This document shows, one piece after another, positions 63,853 through 64,000 of a stretch of 64,000 nt of DNA. The translations under genes and the position numbers were made by a program. The notes beneath the pieces were generated by a model. It searched no databases. It saw only the letters and a program-made list of their open reading frames with translations, and was not told where the DNA came from. Positions within the stretch are counted from its first letter, which is position 1, and the number at the start of each line of letters is the position of its first letter. Source of the DNA: a bacterium (GTDB lineage Bacteria > SAR324 > XYD2-FULL-50-16 > G965216635); the NCBI GenBank assembly GCA_965216635.1, contig OZ244188.1, positions 1,888,001-1,952,000 on the forward strand. The letters are read 5' to 3'.

Positions 63853-64000
63853 ATGAAACCACCTGAAAATTATCTATACTATGGAGATAATTTGGAGATT
63901 ATGAAAAAGCTGCTACAAGAAAATAGCAGTTTTATAGATTTGATTTATATTGACCCGCCTTTCAATTCCAAAAAGAATTACAATATTTTATACAAGAATA
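63853..64000 (+). CDS. DNA methyltransferase, beta motif order, 5' part only (runs off the window)
   Basis: my translation MKPPENYLYYGDNLEIMKKLLQENSSFIDLIYIDPPFNSKKNYNILYKN contains motif IV DPPF. Confidence 0.85.
   Translation, partial: MKPPENYLYYGDNLEIMKKLLQENSSFIDLIYIDPPFNSKKNYNILYKN

Overview
An AT-rich chromosomal window from a Gram-negative bacterium (kdsB and beta-barrel OMPs present); the lineage cannot be fixed from the sequence alone. The housekeeping backbone is tal, aroA, pstSCAB-phoU, tRNA-Leu(GAG), PIN-PhoH, type III glutamine synthetase, grpE-dnaK-dnaJ, kdsB, MATE, modBC, hflKC, an M23 peptidase, dacB, smpB, dnaE, recA and dapB. On top of it sits a rich layer of repeat-driven variability. 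(1) Five paralogous outer-membrane beta-barrel genes in two clusters have conserved barrel strands and two very large variable loops. Each is followed by a variable-length GTAG-REP/REPIN tandem array and preceded by a sigma70-like promoter with a poly-T spacer, which makes this a candidate surface-variation system. (2) Four secreted, Cys-capped MORN-repeat genes carry 3-15 repeats that vary at fixed positions. (3) A palindromic MITE-like family has about 10 copies, five of which hold a second nested element. (4) Accessory or defence genes include a single-chain DarT-macrodomain fusion, a PLD-SRA-like nuclease in an island at tRNA-Leu, and an orphan N4-C methyltransferase inserted inside the pst operon between exact 19-bp direct repeats. 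All family calls come from motif recognition by eye, not database searches.
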